Of a stretch of DNA of 64,000 nucleotides, positions 9,408-19,506 are shown one piece after another. The notes beneath the pieces are model-generated. The model ran no database searches. It was not told the origin of the DNA and saw only the letters and a list, made by a program, of their open reading frames with translations. A program made the position numbers and the translations under genes. The stretch's first letter is position 1. Each line of letters begins with the position of its first letter. Source of the stretch: Polyangiaceae bacterium (GTDB taxonomy: Bacteria > Myxococcota_A > Polyangia > Polyangiales > Polyangiaceae); NCBI GenBank assembly GCA_965222375.1, contig CBDCTZ010000016.1:3008001-3072000 (forward strand), read 5' to 3'.

Positions 9408-10888
9408 GTGGGGAGCAATCGATTTCGTCGGGCGCCGACGATGTTGCACAGCATCAACCGCGAAGGACGGATCGTCGAAGTCAGCGATCTGTGGTTGGAA
9501 ACCCTCGGCTACACGCGAGAGGAGGTCGTGGGCCGCCTCTCGACGGAGTTCTTGACGGAAGACAGCCGGCGCTACGCTCGTGATGTGGTCTTACCCGCGT
9601 TCTTCGAAACGGGTTACGGCGACGTCGAATACGACATGGTTTGCAAGGACGGTCGCATATTGCCTGTTCGACTGCGCGCATCTGCCGAGCGTTCTGAAGA
9701 TGGCCAAGTCGAAACCAGCAATGCGGCCCTCGAAGACCTGACAGAGCGTCGAGAGCTCGAGAAGAAGATGCTGTACGCCCAGAAGCTCGAGAGCTTGGGC
9801 CTAATGGCGGGTGGCATCGCCCACGACTTCAACAACTTGTTGGTGAGTATTCTAGGCAACGCCCAGCTAGCCCTCGCGGAGGTTCGCAATCAACCGGGCG
9901 CGACGGCCCGGCTCACCGACATCATGACCGTGTCACGTCGTGCTGCCGATCTCTGCCGCCAGCTCTTGGCCTACAGTGGGCGTGGTCGGGTCGAAGACAG
10001 CGTGTTGGACGTTGCTGAACTGGTGCGGGACACTACTTAGGTGCTCGAGGCCAGCGTGGGGCGTGACGCCTTGGTGAAGCTGGACTTGGCGCCCGGGCTC
10101 AGCGTCACCGGGGACCCGACGCAGCTCCGCCAGGTCATCATGAACCTGGTCCTCAACGCTGGCGAGGCGCTGGAGGGCAACCGCGGCCTGATCAACATTG
10201 TGTCCTCCGTGCGCCAGTTGGATGAAGCCACCATAGCTCGGAGCTCGAATACAGGCGTCCGACTCGGGCCCTATGTCTGCATCGAGGTTGCGGATACGGG
10301 CTGCGGGATTTCGCCGGAAGCCCTGGAGTGCATCTTCGACCCCTTCTTCACTACCAAGATTCGGGTCACGGGTTGGGGCTCGCGGCAGTACACGGCATCG
10401 TGCGCGCTCATCACGGCACGATCACCGTTGGCAGCGAGCTGGGCAGAGGTTCGAGCTTCCGGATCTTCCTACCATCCAGCGATCCCCTGGAGGTGCCCGT
10501 GCGTTCGGGGGGGCGGGTCTCCCCAGGCACTACCCTGGTCGTGGACGACGACGAGGCCGTGCGCAACACGCTCTCACGCCTCCTGGAGCAAGCGGGCTAC
10601 ACGGCCCTGAGTGCATCGAGCGGCGAAGAGGCGCTGTTGATCGCTCGCGCGCGGGGCAACGAGATCAATGTGTTCTTGGTCGATGTCTCCATGCCTGGGC
10701 TGACCGGGCCGGAGGTCTTCGACAGCATTCGCGAGATGATTCCAGATGCGAAGGTCATCTTGATGAGCGGCTACAATCACGTTGACAGTGTGCGGCGCTG
10801 CGCATCCCGGGGGCTCCTCGGATTCTTGCAGAAGCCCTTCATGTTGGAGGACTTTCAAGCGCTGATGGAATCCAGCCAAGGCGAGTAG
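9408..10888 (+). pseudogene. PAS/hybrid sensor histidine kinase-receiver, disrupted by an in-frame TAG (10038-10040) and a 1-bp frameshift (~10358)
   Basis: PAS MLHSINREG, H-box AGGIAHDFNNLL, N-box QVIMNLVLNA; FDPFFTTK continues as SGHGLGLAAV in another frame; receiver LVVDDDE..DVSMPG..KPF. Confidence 0.85.
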
Positions 10889-10913
10889 CCCGGGCGCCGG
10901 GAGCCCCCGCTTT

Positions 10914-12377
10914 TCACAGCGGTGGCGCCAAGCCAAACAAAGCAAGTTCGCCCGAGCGAGCAAGTTCAAAGCCAACGCTGCGGGCGACGTCGCGATGCCT
11001 GCCGCCACTTGTGACCAACAGGCTGGCCTGCTTTTCTGCAAGGGCAGCGCGCAGTGAATCGCCGTTGGTGAACGGATCCAGCGACGGCGTCTTGCGAGGA
11101 TCGCGATCGTCGAGGGGCTGAGATAGCCGCGGATCCCCATGCCCGGCAAGCACGGCATAGAAGCCGAAATCGGGCGTATCCACCAGCAGTCGCGCCTGCG
11201 GGTTGCTGACTCGGGCGGCGCGGCCCAGGGCCATGTGGGTGCTCCGGTCGATGAAGCCGTCCCGACGCGCAAACCACGGCCGCAGCCAGAGCAGACTGCC
11301 CAGCACGCCCATCGCCAAAGCCGCTGTGAGCGCGCGCCGAGCAACCGGGGAAAGAGACGGGGGAACTGCGACTGCCAGCCCACCCACCCAAAGCGCCGTC
11401 GCCAGCCACAGAGCCAACACGACTCGCTCTTCATGATGCGTAGCGGCTGCGCTACGTACGTCGGCGGCGACCACGAAGCCCAACAGCACTGCCAAACAGA
11501 CAAAGAAGCGTCCTTGCCCACCTCGCATTCGCTGTCCCGCGACACGAGCTGCCACGAGCAGCACGAGCAGAGCCGCAACCAGTTCTGGTTCACAGCGCAA
11601 GAAGGCGACAGGTTTGGACAGCAGCGCGAGCACGAAGGAGTCCGCCTCCGCTCCAATCGCGCGCTGATAGTCCGCTACCCGTTTTACGAAAAAGAGCGGA
11701 TGGCCGTGGTTTACGCTACCGTGAATCATCCACGCACAAGGTCCGCTGACTGAGACCAAGGCCACCCACAGTTTAGAAAGCTGGTGGCGGGCGTCCCACA
11801 GCGCGAACCCCGCAAAGGCGGCGGCGACCGGCCAGGCTTCGTATCGTGACAGACACGCGGCGGTCAGAGCCAAGGCTCCCAATAGCTGGGTCCTCAACGA
11901 TGATTGGGACAGGCTGGTACTGGCGCCGAAGACGATGAGCGCCGCGGTGGCGAGTTCGGGCACCGTCGCGACCCCCAGCCATGCGGAATAGGGGAAGGCG
12001 CCCCCGAGGGCAGCGCCCAGCAGGGCCTGCCTAGGCGAGAAACCGAGCCGCTGCGCGGCGGCGAAGCAGAGCGCCACGGCCGCGAGTCCGAGCGCCAAAC
12101 TCACGCTGCGAGCGACCCAGGGCTCCCGGGAAAGCACCAGCATGACGCCGCCATTGAGCCAAAAGGGGAGGGGCAGCCAGCTGGTTTGGCTTGGATCGAA
12201 GGACGGAGCGACGGCGAAACGCTGAGCAATCACGATCCGTGCGTAGTCGTCATCGGAGAGTGCTTTGAAGCCTCCGAGCACGACTAAAATCGAGACTAGT
12301 AGCTTGAAGCCGATGGCAAGGCCGAGGGCTCGAGACCAGGACCCACTAGAACCGATTGAGCGGACTCGTTGCGTCAC
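10914..12377 (-). CDS. Polytopic membrane protein, GT-C (PMT/ArnT-like) glycosyltransferase-like
   Basis: N-terminal SDDDYAR acidic loop, WLPLPFW, SRYEAW, many TM helices. Confidence 0.6.
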   Translation of the reverse strand: MTQRVRSIGSSGSWSRALGLAIGFKLLVSILVVLGGFKALSDDDYARIVIAQRFAVAPSFDPSQTSWLPLPFWLNGGVMLVLSREPWVARSVSLALGLAAVALCFAAAQRLGFSPRQALLGAALGGAFPYSAWLGVATVPELATAALIVFGASTSLSQSSLRTQLLGALALTAACLSRYEAWPVAAAFAGFALWDARHQLSKLWVALVSVSGPCAWMIHGSVNHGHPLFFVKRVADYQRAIGAEADSFVLALLSKPVAFLRCEPELVAALLVLLVAARVAGQRMRGGQGRFFVCLAVLLGFVVAADVRSAAATHHEERVVLALWLATALWVGGLAVAVPPSLSPVARRALTAALAMGVLGSLLWLRPWFARRDGFIDRSTHMALGRAARVSNPQARLLVDTPDFGFYAVLAGHGDPRLSQPLDDRDPRKTPSLDPFTNGDSLRAALAEKQASLLVTSGGRHRDVARSVGFELARSGELALFGLAPPL

Positions 12378-12409
12378 GACGCGCCTGAGAGCACGCGACG
12401 GCCCTCGCG

Positions 12410-12739
12410 CTACTTGGAGTCAGCAGGCTTGGGGCTTCCCTGGCCGATTTCGACTTTTTCCGGAGCCGGCTTGGTCCCTCGCTCCAGTAGCGATTCATCG
12501 GTACTGGTGGAGAGGTAAGCGAGCGTGATGCTGCTCAGGAAGAAGATCGTCGCCGTCACCCAAGTCATGCGAGTCAGGAAGTTTCCAGCGCCACGGCCAC
12601 CGAACACCTGCTGAGCGGCTGCACCGGAGAGAGCTCCGAGCCCACCGGACTTCCCTGGCTGGATCAGAATGACCAGCATCAGGAAGATGCACGCCACGAT
12701 GTGCACGACAGTGAGTGGGGTTTTTATGAACTCGCCCAT
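12410..12739 (-). CDS. secG: Preprotein translocase subunit SecG
   Basis: LVILIQPGKSGGLG..FGGRGAGNFLTRMT; follows tpiA. Confidence 0.95.
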   Translation of the reverse strand: MGEFIKTPLTVVHIVACIFLMLVILIQPGKSGGLGALSGAAAQQVFGGRGAGNFLTRMTWVTATIFFLSSITLAYLSTSTDESLLERGTKPAPEKVEIGQGSPKPADSK

Positions 12740-12744
12740 GGCAA

Positions 12745-13506
12745 TCAGACCGCTGAAGGTGCCGCTTCCACGATTTTCGAGAAACTCTCGGCGGAAAGCG
12801 AAGCGCCTCCCACTAGCGCGCCGTCTACGTTCGCACAACCCAAAAGCCCTTTGGCGTTGTCGGGTTTGACGCTTCCGCCGTAGAGAATCCGAGCTGCATC
12901 CGCGAAATCATTGGAGATTTTTGCGAGGCGGCCCCGGATGGCGGCGTGGACCTCTTCAGCTTGCTCGGGCCCTGCAACCTTTCCGGTCCCGATCGCCCAA
13001 ACAGGCTCATAGGCAATTGCGCCGAATGCGGGGCGCTTGGAGAGCAACTGTGCAAAAGCATCTACCTGCCGAAACACCACATCCATCGTGTTGCCAGCGT
13101 CCCGCTCCTCCAGGGTTTCTCCGACGCACACCATGGGACGCAGGCCCGCTTCGAGGGCCGCAGCCACCTTTTCGCTCACCGACTCGTCCGTTTCCCCAAA
13201 CAACTGGCGCCGCTCGCTGTGTCCGATGATGACCCAGGTGCAGCCCGCCTCACGCAACATCGACGCGCTGACCTCACCCGTGAAGGCCCCCTCGGGCTTT
13301 GCGTGGAAGTTCTGTGCGGCTAGCCCGACACGGCTGCCACCTAGCTCATGAGCGACGGCAGCCAGCGCAGTAAACGGTGGGGCGATCACGACCTCGATGG
13401 CCGCGAGATCCCCGCAGGCCGTGACGATGCCTTGTGCCAGTTCGACGCCCTCCGCGCCGCCTTTGAACATCTTCCAATTGCCTGCAATCAGCGGTTGGCG
13501 CTTCAT
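12745..13506 (-). CDS. tpiA: Triosephosphate isomerase
   Basis: AGNWKM, IIGHSERR, AYEPVWAIGTG, LVGGASL. Confidence 0.98.
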   Translation of the reverse strand: MKRQPLIAGNWKMFKGGAEGVELAQGIVTACGDLAAIEVVIAPPFTALAAVAHELGGSRVGLAAQNFHAKPEGAFTGEVSASMLREAGCTWVIIGHSERRQLFGETDESVSEKVAAALEAGLRPMVCVGETLEERDAGNTMDVVFRQVDAFAQLLSKRPAFGAIAYEPVWAIGTGKVAGPEQAEEVHAAIRGRLAKISNDFADAARILYGGSVKPDNAKGLLGCANVDGALVGGASLSAESFSKIVEAAPSAV

Positions 13507-13533
13507 CGTTTTCCTCCAAGCGGATGCGAAGCC

Positions 13534-14739
13534 TCAGGCGCGGGAGCCGCGTAGAGCTTCGACACCGGGTAATTGCTTGCCTTCCACGAGTTCCAAGGCC
13601 GCGCCACCACCTGTGGAAACGAAGCCAACCTTGTCCGCCAGTCCAGATTTTCGAACCGCCGCTGCGCTGTCACCACCCCCGACCACGGTGAAGGCGTTGC
13701 TGTCCACGAGTGCGCGAGCGACGCCGTCAGTCCCCGCCGAGAACGCTGGACTCTCGAACAACCCCATGGGGCCGTTCCAAAACACCGTCTTGGCGCCGAG
13801 CACGTGGTTTCTGATGGCTTCCACGGTGCCAGGACCGACGTCGAGCGCCATGTGCCCATCCGGAACGGCGCCAATCTTGACGGTCTCGCCCGAGGTGGCA
13901 TCTAGGCCGGACGCGACGACCACGTCGCTGGGGAGCACGATGGCGACGCCCTTTCGTTCGGCCTTCTCCAACAGGGTCCTGCCCGCAGCCAGCCAGTCAG
14001 ATTCGAGCTTGGATGCGCGCATGTCATTGCCCTTCGCCGCCAGCAAGGTGTTGGCCATGGCTCCGCCGATGCAGATTGCATCGCACTTCTCGAGCAGGGA
14101 CTCGATGACGCCGATCTTGTCCTTGACCTTGGCGCCACCAAGCACCGCGACGAAGGGACGTTCCGGTGTCTCGAGTACACGAGACAGTGACTCCACTTCG
14201 CCCTTGAGCAGGAACCCCATGGCCCGCTTTGGAGTCTGCCGCGCCAACCCGTTCACGCTCGCATGGGCGCGATGCGCGGCCCCAAAGGCGTCGTTGACGT
14301 AGACGCTGCAGAGCTTTGCCAGCTCTTTGACGAAGCCCTCCTCGTTCTTCTCTTCTTCGGCGTGAAAGCGCAGGTTCTCTAGCAAGCAGACTTGGCCTTC
14401 ACGCAGGTCGTGAATGACCTTCTTGGGCGCTTCGCCAATGCAATCATCGGGGACATGCACTTCCAGCTTCATGAGCTCGGCTAGCCGTTTGCCCACGCGC
14501 TCCATGGACAGCTCAGGACTGACTTTGCCTTTGGGGCGGCCTAGATGCGAGGCGAGGATGACTTTCGCTCCGCTCTTGACCGCGTGCTCGATGGTGGGGA
14601 TTGCCGCGACGATGCGCTCGTCATCCGTGATTTCCCCCGTCTGCTTATCCCGGGGCACGTTGAAGTCCACGCGGATGAACACCCGCTCACCCGCGAGCTC
14701 CAGTTCGTCGATGCACTTGATCCCATCGAGCATGCTCAT
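13534..14739 (-). CDS. pgk: Phosphoglycerate kinase
   Basis: RVDFNVP, SHLGRPKG, LLENLRF, NDAFGAAHR, STGGGA; start taken at MSML. Confidence 0.98.
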   Translation of the reverse strand: MSMLDGIKCIDELELAGERVFIRVDFNVPRDKQTGEITDDERIVAAIPTIEHAVKSGAKVILASHLGRPKGKVSPELSMERVGKRLAELMKLEVHVPDDCIGEAPKKVIHDLREGQVCLLENLRFHAEEEKNEEGFVKELAKLCSVYVNDAFGAAHRAHASVNGLARQTPKRAMGFLLKGEVESLSRVLETPERPFVAVLGGAKVKDKIGVIESLLEKCDAICIGGAMANTLLAAKGNDMRASKLESDWLAAGRTLLEKAERKGVAIVLPSDVVVASGLDATSGETVKIGAVPDGHMALDVGPGTVEAIRNHVLGAKTVFWNGPMGLFESPAFSAGTDGVARALVDSNAFTVVGGGDSAAAVRKSGLADKVGFVSTGGGAALELVEGKQLPGVEALRGSRA

Positions 14740-14747
14740 GGTCAGGC

Positions 14748-15770
14748 TCAGCCTTTCAGTGCCACCAGGCGCGCCAGGTCGATCATTCGGCAGGAGAAAC
14801 CCCACTCGTTGTCGTACCAGGACATGACTTTCGCGAACTTCTCACCCTGCACTCGGGTGAGGGTGGCGTCGAAAATGCTCGAAGCCGGGTTGCCGATGTA
14901 GTCGTTGGAAACCAATGGTTCTTCGGTGTAGTCGAAGACCTTCGCCAAGGGACCGCTCTCCGCCGCTGCCTTCATCGCCTTGTGGATCGCATCCACGCTC
15001 ACGGTCTTCTTGGTTTGCACTGCAAAATCCACCACCGAAACGTTGACGGTGGGCACTCGCATGGCCATTCCGTCGCATTTGCCCTCCAGCTCGGGGATGA
15101 CTTGTGCGATGGCCTTTGCGGCTCCGGTGCTGGTTGGGATCATGCTGACTGCCGCGGCGCGGGCGCGTCGCAGATCACCTTTGCGGTGAGGCAGATCCAG
15201 CAAGTTCTGGTCGTTGGTGTAGGAGTGGATGGTGGTCATCAGCCCGTGTTCGATTCCGAAAGTGTCGAGCATGACCTTGGCCACGGGGGCGAGGCAGTTC
15301 GTGGTGCAAGAGCCGTTGGAAATGACCTGATGCTTGGCTGGGTCATACTCGTCGTCGTTGACGCCGATCACGATGGTCTTGTCGTGATTCTTCGCTGGAG
15401 CGCTGATTAGCACCTTCTTGGCACCGGCTTCCACGTGAGCAATCGCCTTGGCCTTGTCCGTGAAGAGGCCCGTGCACTCGAACACGAGATCCACACCCAG
15501 GCTCTTCCAGGGCAGTTCCTTTGGGTCTCGAATGGCGCTCACGGCGATGTCCTTGCCGCCGACGGTCAGGCCGCTGTCTTTGGTGCCCACTGCCGCCGCG
15601 TTGAAGGTGCGGTGAACCGAGTCGTATTTCAGCAGGTGTGCCAGCACCTTGGTGTCAGTCAGATCGTTGATATGCACGACCTCGAGGTCGGAGACCTTTT
15701 GCTCGGTGATTGCGCGCAAGACACAACGGCCGATTCGGCCAAAACCATTGATCGCGATTTTCGTTGCCAT
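14748..15770 (-). CDS. gap: Type I glyceraldehyde-3-phosphate dehydrogenase
   Basis: INGFGRIGR, SNGSCTTNCLAP, WYDNEWG. Confidence 0.98.
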   Translation of the reverse strand: MATKIAINGFGRIGRCVLRAITEQKVSDLEVVHINDLTDTKVLAHLLKYDSVHRTFNAAAVGTKDSGLTVGGKDIAVSAIRDPKELPWKSLGVDLVFECTGLFTDKAKAIAHVEAGAKKVLISAPAKNHDKTIVIGVNDDEYDPAKHQVISNGSCTTNCLAPVAKVMLDTFGIEHGLMTTIHSYTNDQNLLDLPHRKGDLRRARAAAVSMIPTSTGAAKAIAQVIPELEGKCDGMAMRVPTVNVSVVDFAVQTKKTVSVDAIHKAMKAAAESGPLAKVFDYTEEPLVSNDYIGNPASSIFDATLTRVQGEKFAKVMSWYDNEWGFSCRMIDLARLVALKG

Positions 15771-15873
15771 CGAAAACTCCTAGACTGTGCGGCGGTATGC
15801 GCCGCGTCCCTCGGTTGTGCCCCCGCGGGTCGCGCCGTCTTCTCACTAAGGTGGCGCCGCGAGGGGGGCAGCG

Positions 15874-15902
15874 AAGCTAGCCACGCGCCACTGGACGGTC
15901 AA
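15874..15902 (-). promoter_or_regulatory. Sigma70-type promoter for gap-pgk-tpiA-secG
   Basis: Minus strand TTGACC-N17-TAGCTT ~100 bp upstream of the gap ATG. Confidence 0.55.
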
Positions 15903-16161
15903 GGACGCCCAGGGCGCAGGAATTTCACCTTCTGTCGCTGGCCTTCAGGGACTCGCCCACCGCCGCGCGACTCGTAGCTTTTCGGGGAAAACCGGGGCTT
16001 GCGCTGCGAGCTCCCAGCTCACGATCCGGGCAGCAAGCTGGGCCGGACAGGTTGCCCTGACCGAAGTGCGTGCCTGTATCTATGCTCGCTGCCCAAACTT
16101 GTCCTGCCTTCGCGCTGTCAACGCCTTGAATCGGCGGGGCAACCATGAGCACTGTCCTCGC

Positions 16162-16632
16162 GTGAGAGTGTTCCTGGTGCGTCATGCACAGGCCATCGAA
16201 TCCGGAGAGCGCCGGTCGGACGAGCAGCGCTTTCTGACACCAGATGGTCGCGAGACCGCGCGCAAAGTGGGGGCGTGTCTCGAAGCAGAGGGCGTGAGCT
16301 TCGACGCCGTTTTGACGAGCCCACTGGTGCGCGCCGTGCAAACAGCGGAACTGTTGGCGCAAGGCACTGGCTACGCCGGAGTCGTCGAGGCGTTCTTCGC
16401 CCTAGCGCCTGGGCTTCCGCCCCGACTGGTTGCGGAGGAAGTGGGCAATCATGGGCGGGAGGTCGCTGTGGTCGGGCATGAACCCACCATCAGCGCCCTA
16501 GGCGCGTTCCTGACCCAGTCGCCGAGCTTTCCGCCGTTTCGCCCAGGGCAGGTCGTGCTCATCGAGCGCGGCATGCCCAAGTGGGCGATTCGTCCCGACA
16601 CCTTGGAAAAAGTCGACGTGCGCGTGAGCTAG
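16162..16632 (+). CDS. sixA: Phosphohistidine phosphatase SixA family
   Basis: FLVRHAQA, LTSPLVRAVQTAE, VVGHEPTIS. Confidence 0.85.
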   Translation: MRVFLVRHAQAIESGERRSDEQRFLTPDGRETARKVGACLEAEGVSFDAVLTSPLVRAVQTAELLAQGTGYAGVVEAFFALAPGLPPRLVAEEVGNHGREVAVVGHEPTISALGAFLTQSPSFPPFRPGQVVLIERGMPKWAIRPDTLEKVDVRVS

Positions 16633-16659
16633 CCAACGCGCTTTCGCGCCTCGACTCGC

Positions 16660-17376
16660 CTAGAAATGGTAGTCGACGGTATAGCCGGCGCAAGTGCTGG
16701 ACTGGTCGATTTGGATGTAGATCGCCGCCGAGTCGTTGTCGGTGATTCCGGGGCAATCGTGCTCGATTTCCAATTCGACCGGTGCTTGTGCACAGCAGCC
16801 CACTAGGCCACCGGGTCCGGTCATCTCCGTGCCGTTGCCACACTTCTTCATGGTGGTGGTCTTGCCGTCTTTGCACTGCGCCCACATGCAAAGGCGGAAG
16901 CCCGCATCATCGGTCTTGGCGTAGGGATTAACGCCACAGGTAATGGTGTCGTTGCCGAAATAGGTGTGCAGGTCGACATCTCCCGGGGCAGCAACGCCCG
17001 TCAATGTGCCGAGTGGGGTGTCCTTGCAACTCAGCTCGCAGGGCGCGCTGGAGCAAACCGGCGTGGCCTTGGGCAGAGTGTCATTGGGTTCCGGCCCCGG
17101 GTCATTGCAGGAGCCGCCTCCGGAGCCCGCTGCCCCGCCGGTGTTGCCTCCACCGGAGCCCGCGACGCCGCCCGTGTTGACCGCACCGGTGCCGCCGGTC
17201 GCCGAGCCCGCACTACCACCGGTCCCTGTCGCACCAGTCCCGCCAGACCCACCGGAAAAAGACCCAGAGATCCCTGCGGTACCACCGCTCGCCGGGCTGT
17301 CCGCGTCGCTGCCACAAGCGACGAGCCCACAAGCACCGCCGACAATCAAAACTGAAAGGCCAACTAGTCGCATCAC
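16660..17376 (-). CDS. Cys-rich lipoprotein with Gly-rich linker
   Basis: Lipobox LVAC, GGxG linker, EPNDT motif, paired Cys. Confidence 0.8.
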   Translation of the reverse strand: MMRLVGLSVLIVGGACGLVACGSDADSPASGGTAGISGSFSGGSGGTGATGTGGSAGSATGGTGAVNTGGVAGSGGGNTGGAAGSGGGSCNDPGPEPNDTLPKATPVCSSAPCELSCKDTPLGTLTGVAAPGDVDLHTYFGNDTITCGVNPYAKTDDAGFRLCMWAQCKDGKTTTMKKCGNGTEMTGPGGLVGCCAQAPVELEIEHDCPGITDNDSAAIYIQIDQSSTCAGYTVDYHF

Positions 17377-17528
17377 GTGATCTTACACGACTCGCCGCCG
17401 CGCACAGGGGCGTTTTTTGTCTGGGATTCGGCGGGGTTGCAGCGGCGCCGCCCTCGCCACCCGGGAAACCGAGCCCGGACACACGCCCAGCCCACTTCTG
17501 GCTCAGCGCCCGAAACACGCCACAGCTC

Positions 17529-18479
17529 TCAAGCGATGTAGGAGCCGAGGCGGCGGAAACGTTGGTAGCGATCCTCCCGCATCTCTTCCTCGTCCAAGCC
17601 GTCGAGGGATACCAATGCCTCGTACAACGAACGGTCCAAGCGTCGCGCAGCTTCGTCATGATCTTGATGAGCTCCGCCAGGTGGCTCTTCCACGACCCAA
17701 TCGACGCAGCCGAGTTCCAAAAGGTCTGGCGCCGTAATGCGCAGGCGCGCGGCGGCTTCCGGCGCTAGGCTGCCGTCTTTCCAGAGGATGGCCGCACAGC
17801 CTTCAGGCGAGATGACTGAGTAGTAGGCGAACTCCAGGACCAACACGCGGTTGGCGACGCCCAAAGCCAGGGCTCCGCCGGAGCCGCCTTCTCCGATGAT
17901 CGTCGTGACCACGGGCACGCCCAAGCGGCTGAGGGTTTCCAAGGACGCCCCGATGGCTTCGCTTTGACCCCGCTCCTCCGCTTCGATGCCTGGAAAGGCT
18001 CCCGGGGTATCGATAAAAGTGATCACGGGAAGCCCAAAGCGATCGGCGAGCTCGTACACACGCATCGCCTTGCGATAGCCCTCGGGGTTCGGCATCCCGA
18101 AGTTCCGAAGCATGTTGTCTTTGGTGCTGCGGCCCTTTTGGTGGCCCACCACCGCGACGCTGCGTCCGTGGTACGTGCCCAAGCCAGCAACGATGGACGC
18201 GTCGTCCGCGAAGCGTCGATCGCCATGCAGCTCCACGAAGTCGCTGAACAAGCGATCGACATAGTCTAGGGTGTAGGGGCGGTTGGGGTGCCGTGATAGC
18301 TGCACCTTTTGTATCGGCGAGAGGCGTGCAAACACCTCTCGGGCGACGCGTGCAGCCTTGTCTTCCAAGCGTTGAAGCTCGGCCATGAGCCGCGCGTCTT
18401 CGGCTGCAAGCTCCCGCAGCTCCCGCACTCGGGAGACCAGCTCAACGACGGGTCGTTCGAAAGACAGGACGTGTCCCAT
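17529..18479 (-). CDS. accA: Acetyl-CoA carboxylase carboxyltransferase alpha subunit
   Basis: RHPNRPYTLDY, NFGMPNPEGYRKA, DTPGAFPG, GEGGSGGA, ISPEGCAAILW. Confidence 0.97.
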   Translation of the reverse strand: MGHVLSFERPVVELVSRVRELRELAAEDARLMAELQRLEDKAARVAREVFARLSPIQKVQLSRHPNRPYTLDYVDRLFSDFVELHGDRRFADDASIVAGLGTYHGRSVAVVGHQKGRSTKDNMLRNFGMPNPEGYRKAMRVYELADRFGLPVITFIDTPGAFPGIEAEERGQSEAIGASLETLSRLGVPVVTTIIGEGGSGGALALGVANRVLVLEFAYYSVISPEGCAAILWKDGSLAPEAAARLRITAPDLLELGCVDWVVEEPPGGAHQDHDEAARRLDRSLYEALVSLDGLDEEEMREDRYQRFRRLGSYIA

Positions 18480-18782
18480 GGGGCGGTCTGTCTTTCGCCG
18501 AATCCCGTCTGTGTCGCAAGTCGCAAAAGACGTGAATACAGAAGCCACGACTGCGTAAGAAACGACGCAGCTGTCAAGCTCAGACGGCACAGCTGGTTTT
18601 TTTGGTTTTTGGGGATGGCACGTCGCTGGGCGTCATCGACAGTTCCTCGCGGTGCGGAGTGGGGGCACTCGCCCCCGAGGCCAATCTGGAGCGACACCCT
18701 AGGTGCAGATCGCGTGGCCCCAGGATGAAGATCGTGTGGAGCTAGCGGCGTTTGCCTTGCCATCGGGAATGGGGCTGGGACG

Positions 18783-19475
18783 TTGTGCGTAGCCCGGATC
18801 AGTAGCGAGGGAGCAGGCCAAGTGAAGGGAATATGGGAAGATGCCAAGCGGCTGCGACTGATACCACTCGGTCTGGCGTCTGGCTTGGCGGTGGCGCTGC
18901 TCGGCGCGCGCATCGTCCGCGCCGAGCAAGGGACGTATGCGTTGTTGCTTTGGAATCTAGCACTGGCCTGGATCCCCTGGGTCGCGAGTGTGTTGTGTGT
19001 GCGCGCACGTGGCGCATGGCTGGCAACCACACTTGTCGGCTGGCTGTTGTTCTTTCCCAACGCTTCCTACATCGTCACGGACTTCGTGCACCTCAGGCTT
19101 CGACCGCCGATACCGCTTTGGTATGACGTGGGAATGCTGGCTGCCTTCGCCTGGTCGGGATTGCTGTTGGCGGTTACGTCGTTGTCTGCCGTGCATCGTC
19201 GAGTGGAGCATGCATTGGGCATCGCCGCGGGTTGGTGCTTCGTGCTCGTGGCGTCAGCGCTGAGCGGGCTAGGGATTTACCTAGGCCGTTTCTGGCGCCT
19301 CAACTCCTGGGATGTCGTGTTCGCGCCGTCGGAAATCGCTCGTGGTTTGTTCGCGCTGGCAGCGCACCCGCTCGGGCATCCACGCGCTTGGGGGGTTGCC
19401 GTGATGTTTGGTGCTCTCACATTCGTGGTCTACAGCGCGTTTCGAAGCGGCTCACAAGCTGCGGAAGCCAGCTAG
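18783..19475 (+). CDS. DUF1361-like membrane protein
   Basis: WNLALAWIP, WLLFFPNASYIVTDFVHL, GIYLGRFWRLNSWD; start uncertain. Confidence 0.8.
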   Translation: MCVARISSEGAGQVKGIWEDAKRLRLIPLGLASGLAVALLGARIVRAEQGTYALLLWNLALAWIPWVASVLCVRARGAWLATTLVGWLLFFPNASYIVTDFVHLRLRPPIPLWYDVGMLAAFAWSGLLLAVTSLSAVHRRVEHALGIAAGWCFVLVASALSGLGIYLGRFWRLNSWDVVFAPSEIARGLFALAAHPLGHPRAWGVAVMFGALTFVVYSAFRSGSQAAEAS

Positions 19476-19506
19476 GCCGCCGAGTCGACTAGCGGTTTGA
19501 GGCCCC

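Noticed and set aside
10038..10040. Programmed TAG readthrough or recoding
   Set aside because: Other genes here end normally at TAG, and the same gene also has a frameshift
12378..12409. tRNA-Leu often found after secG
   Set aside because: Only ~30 bp separate secG from the next CDS; no tRNA or rRNA recognised anywhere in the window
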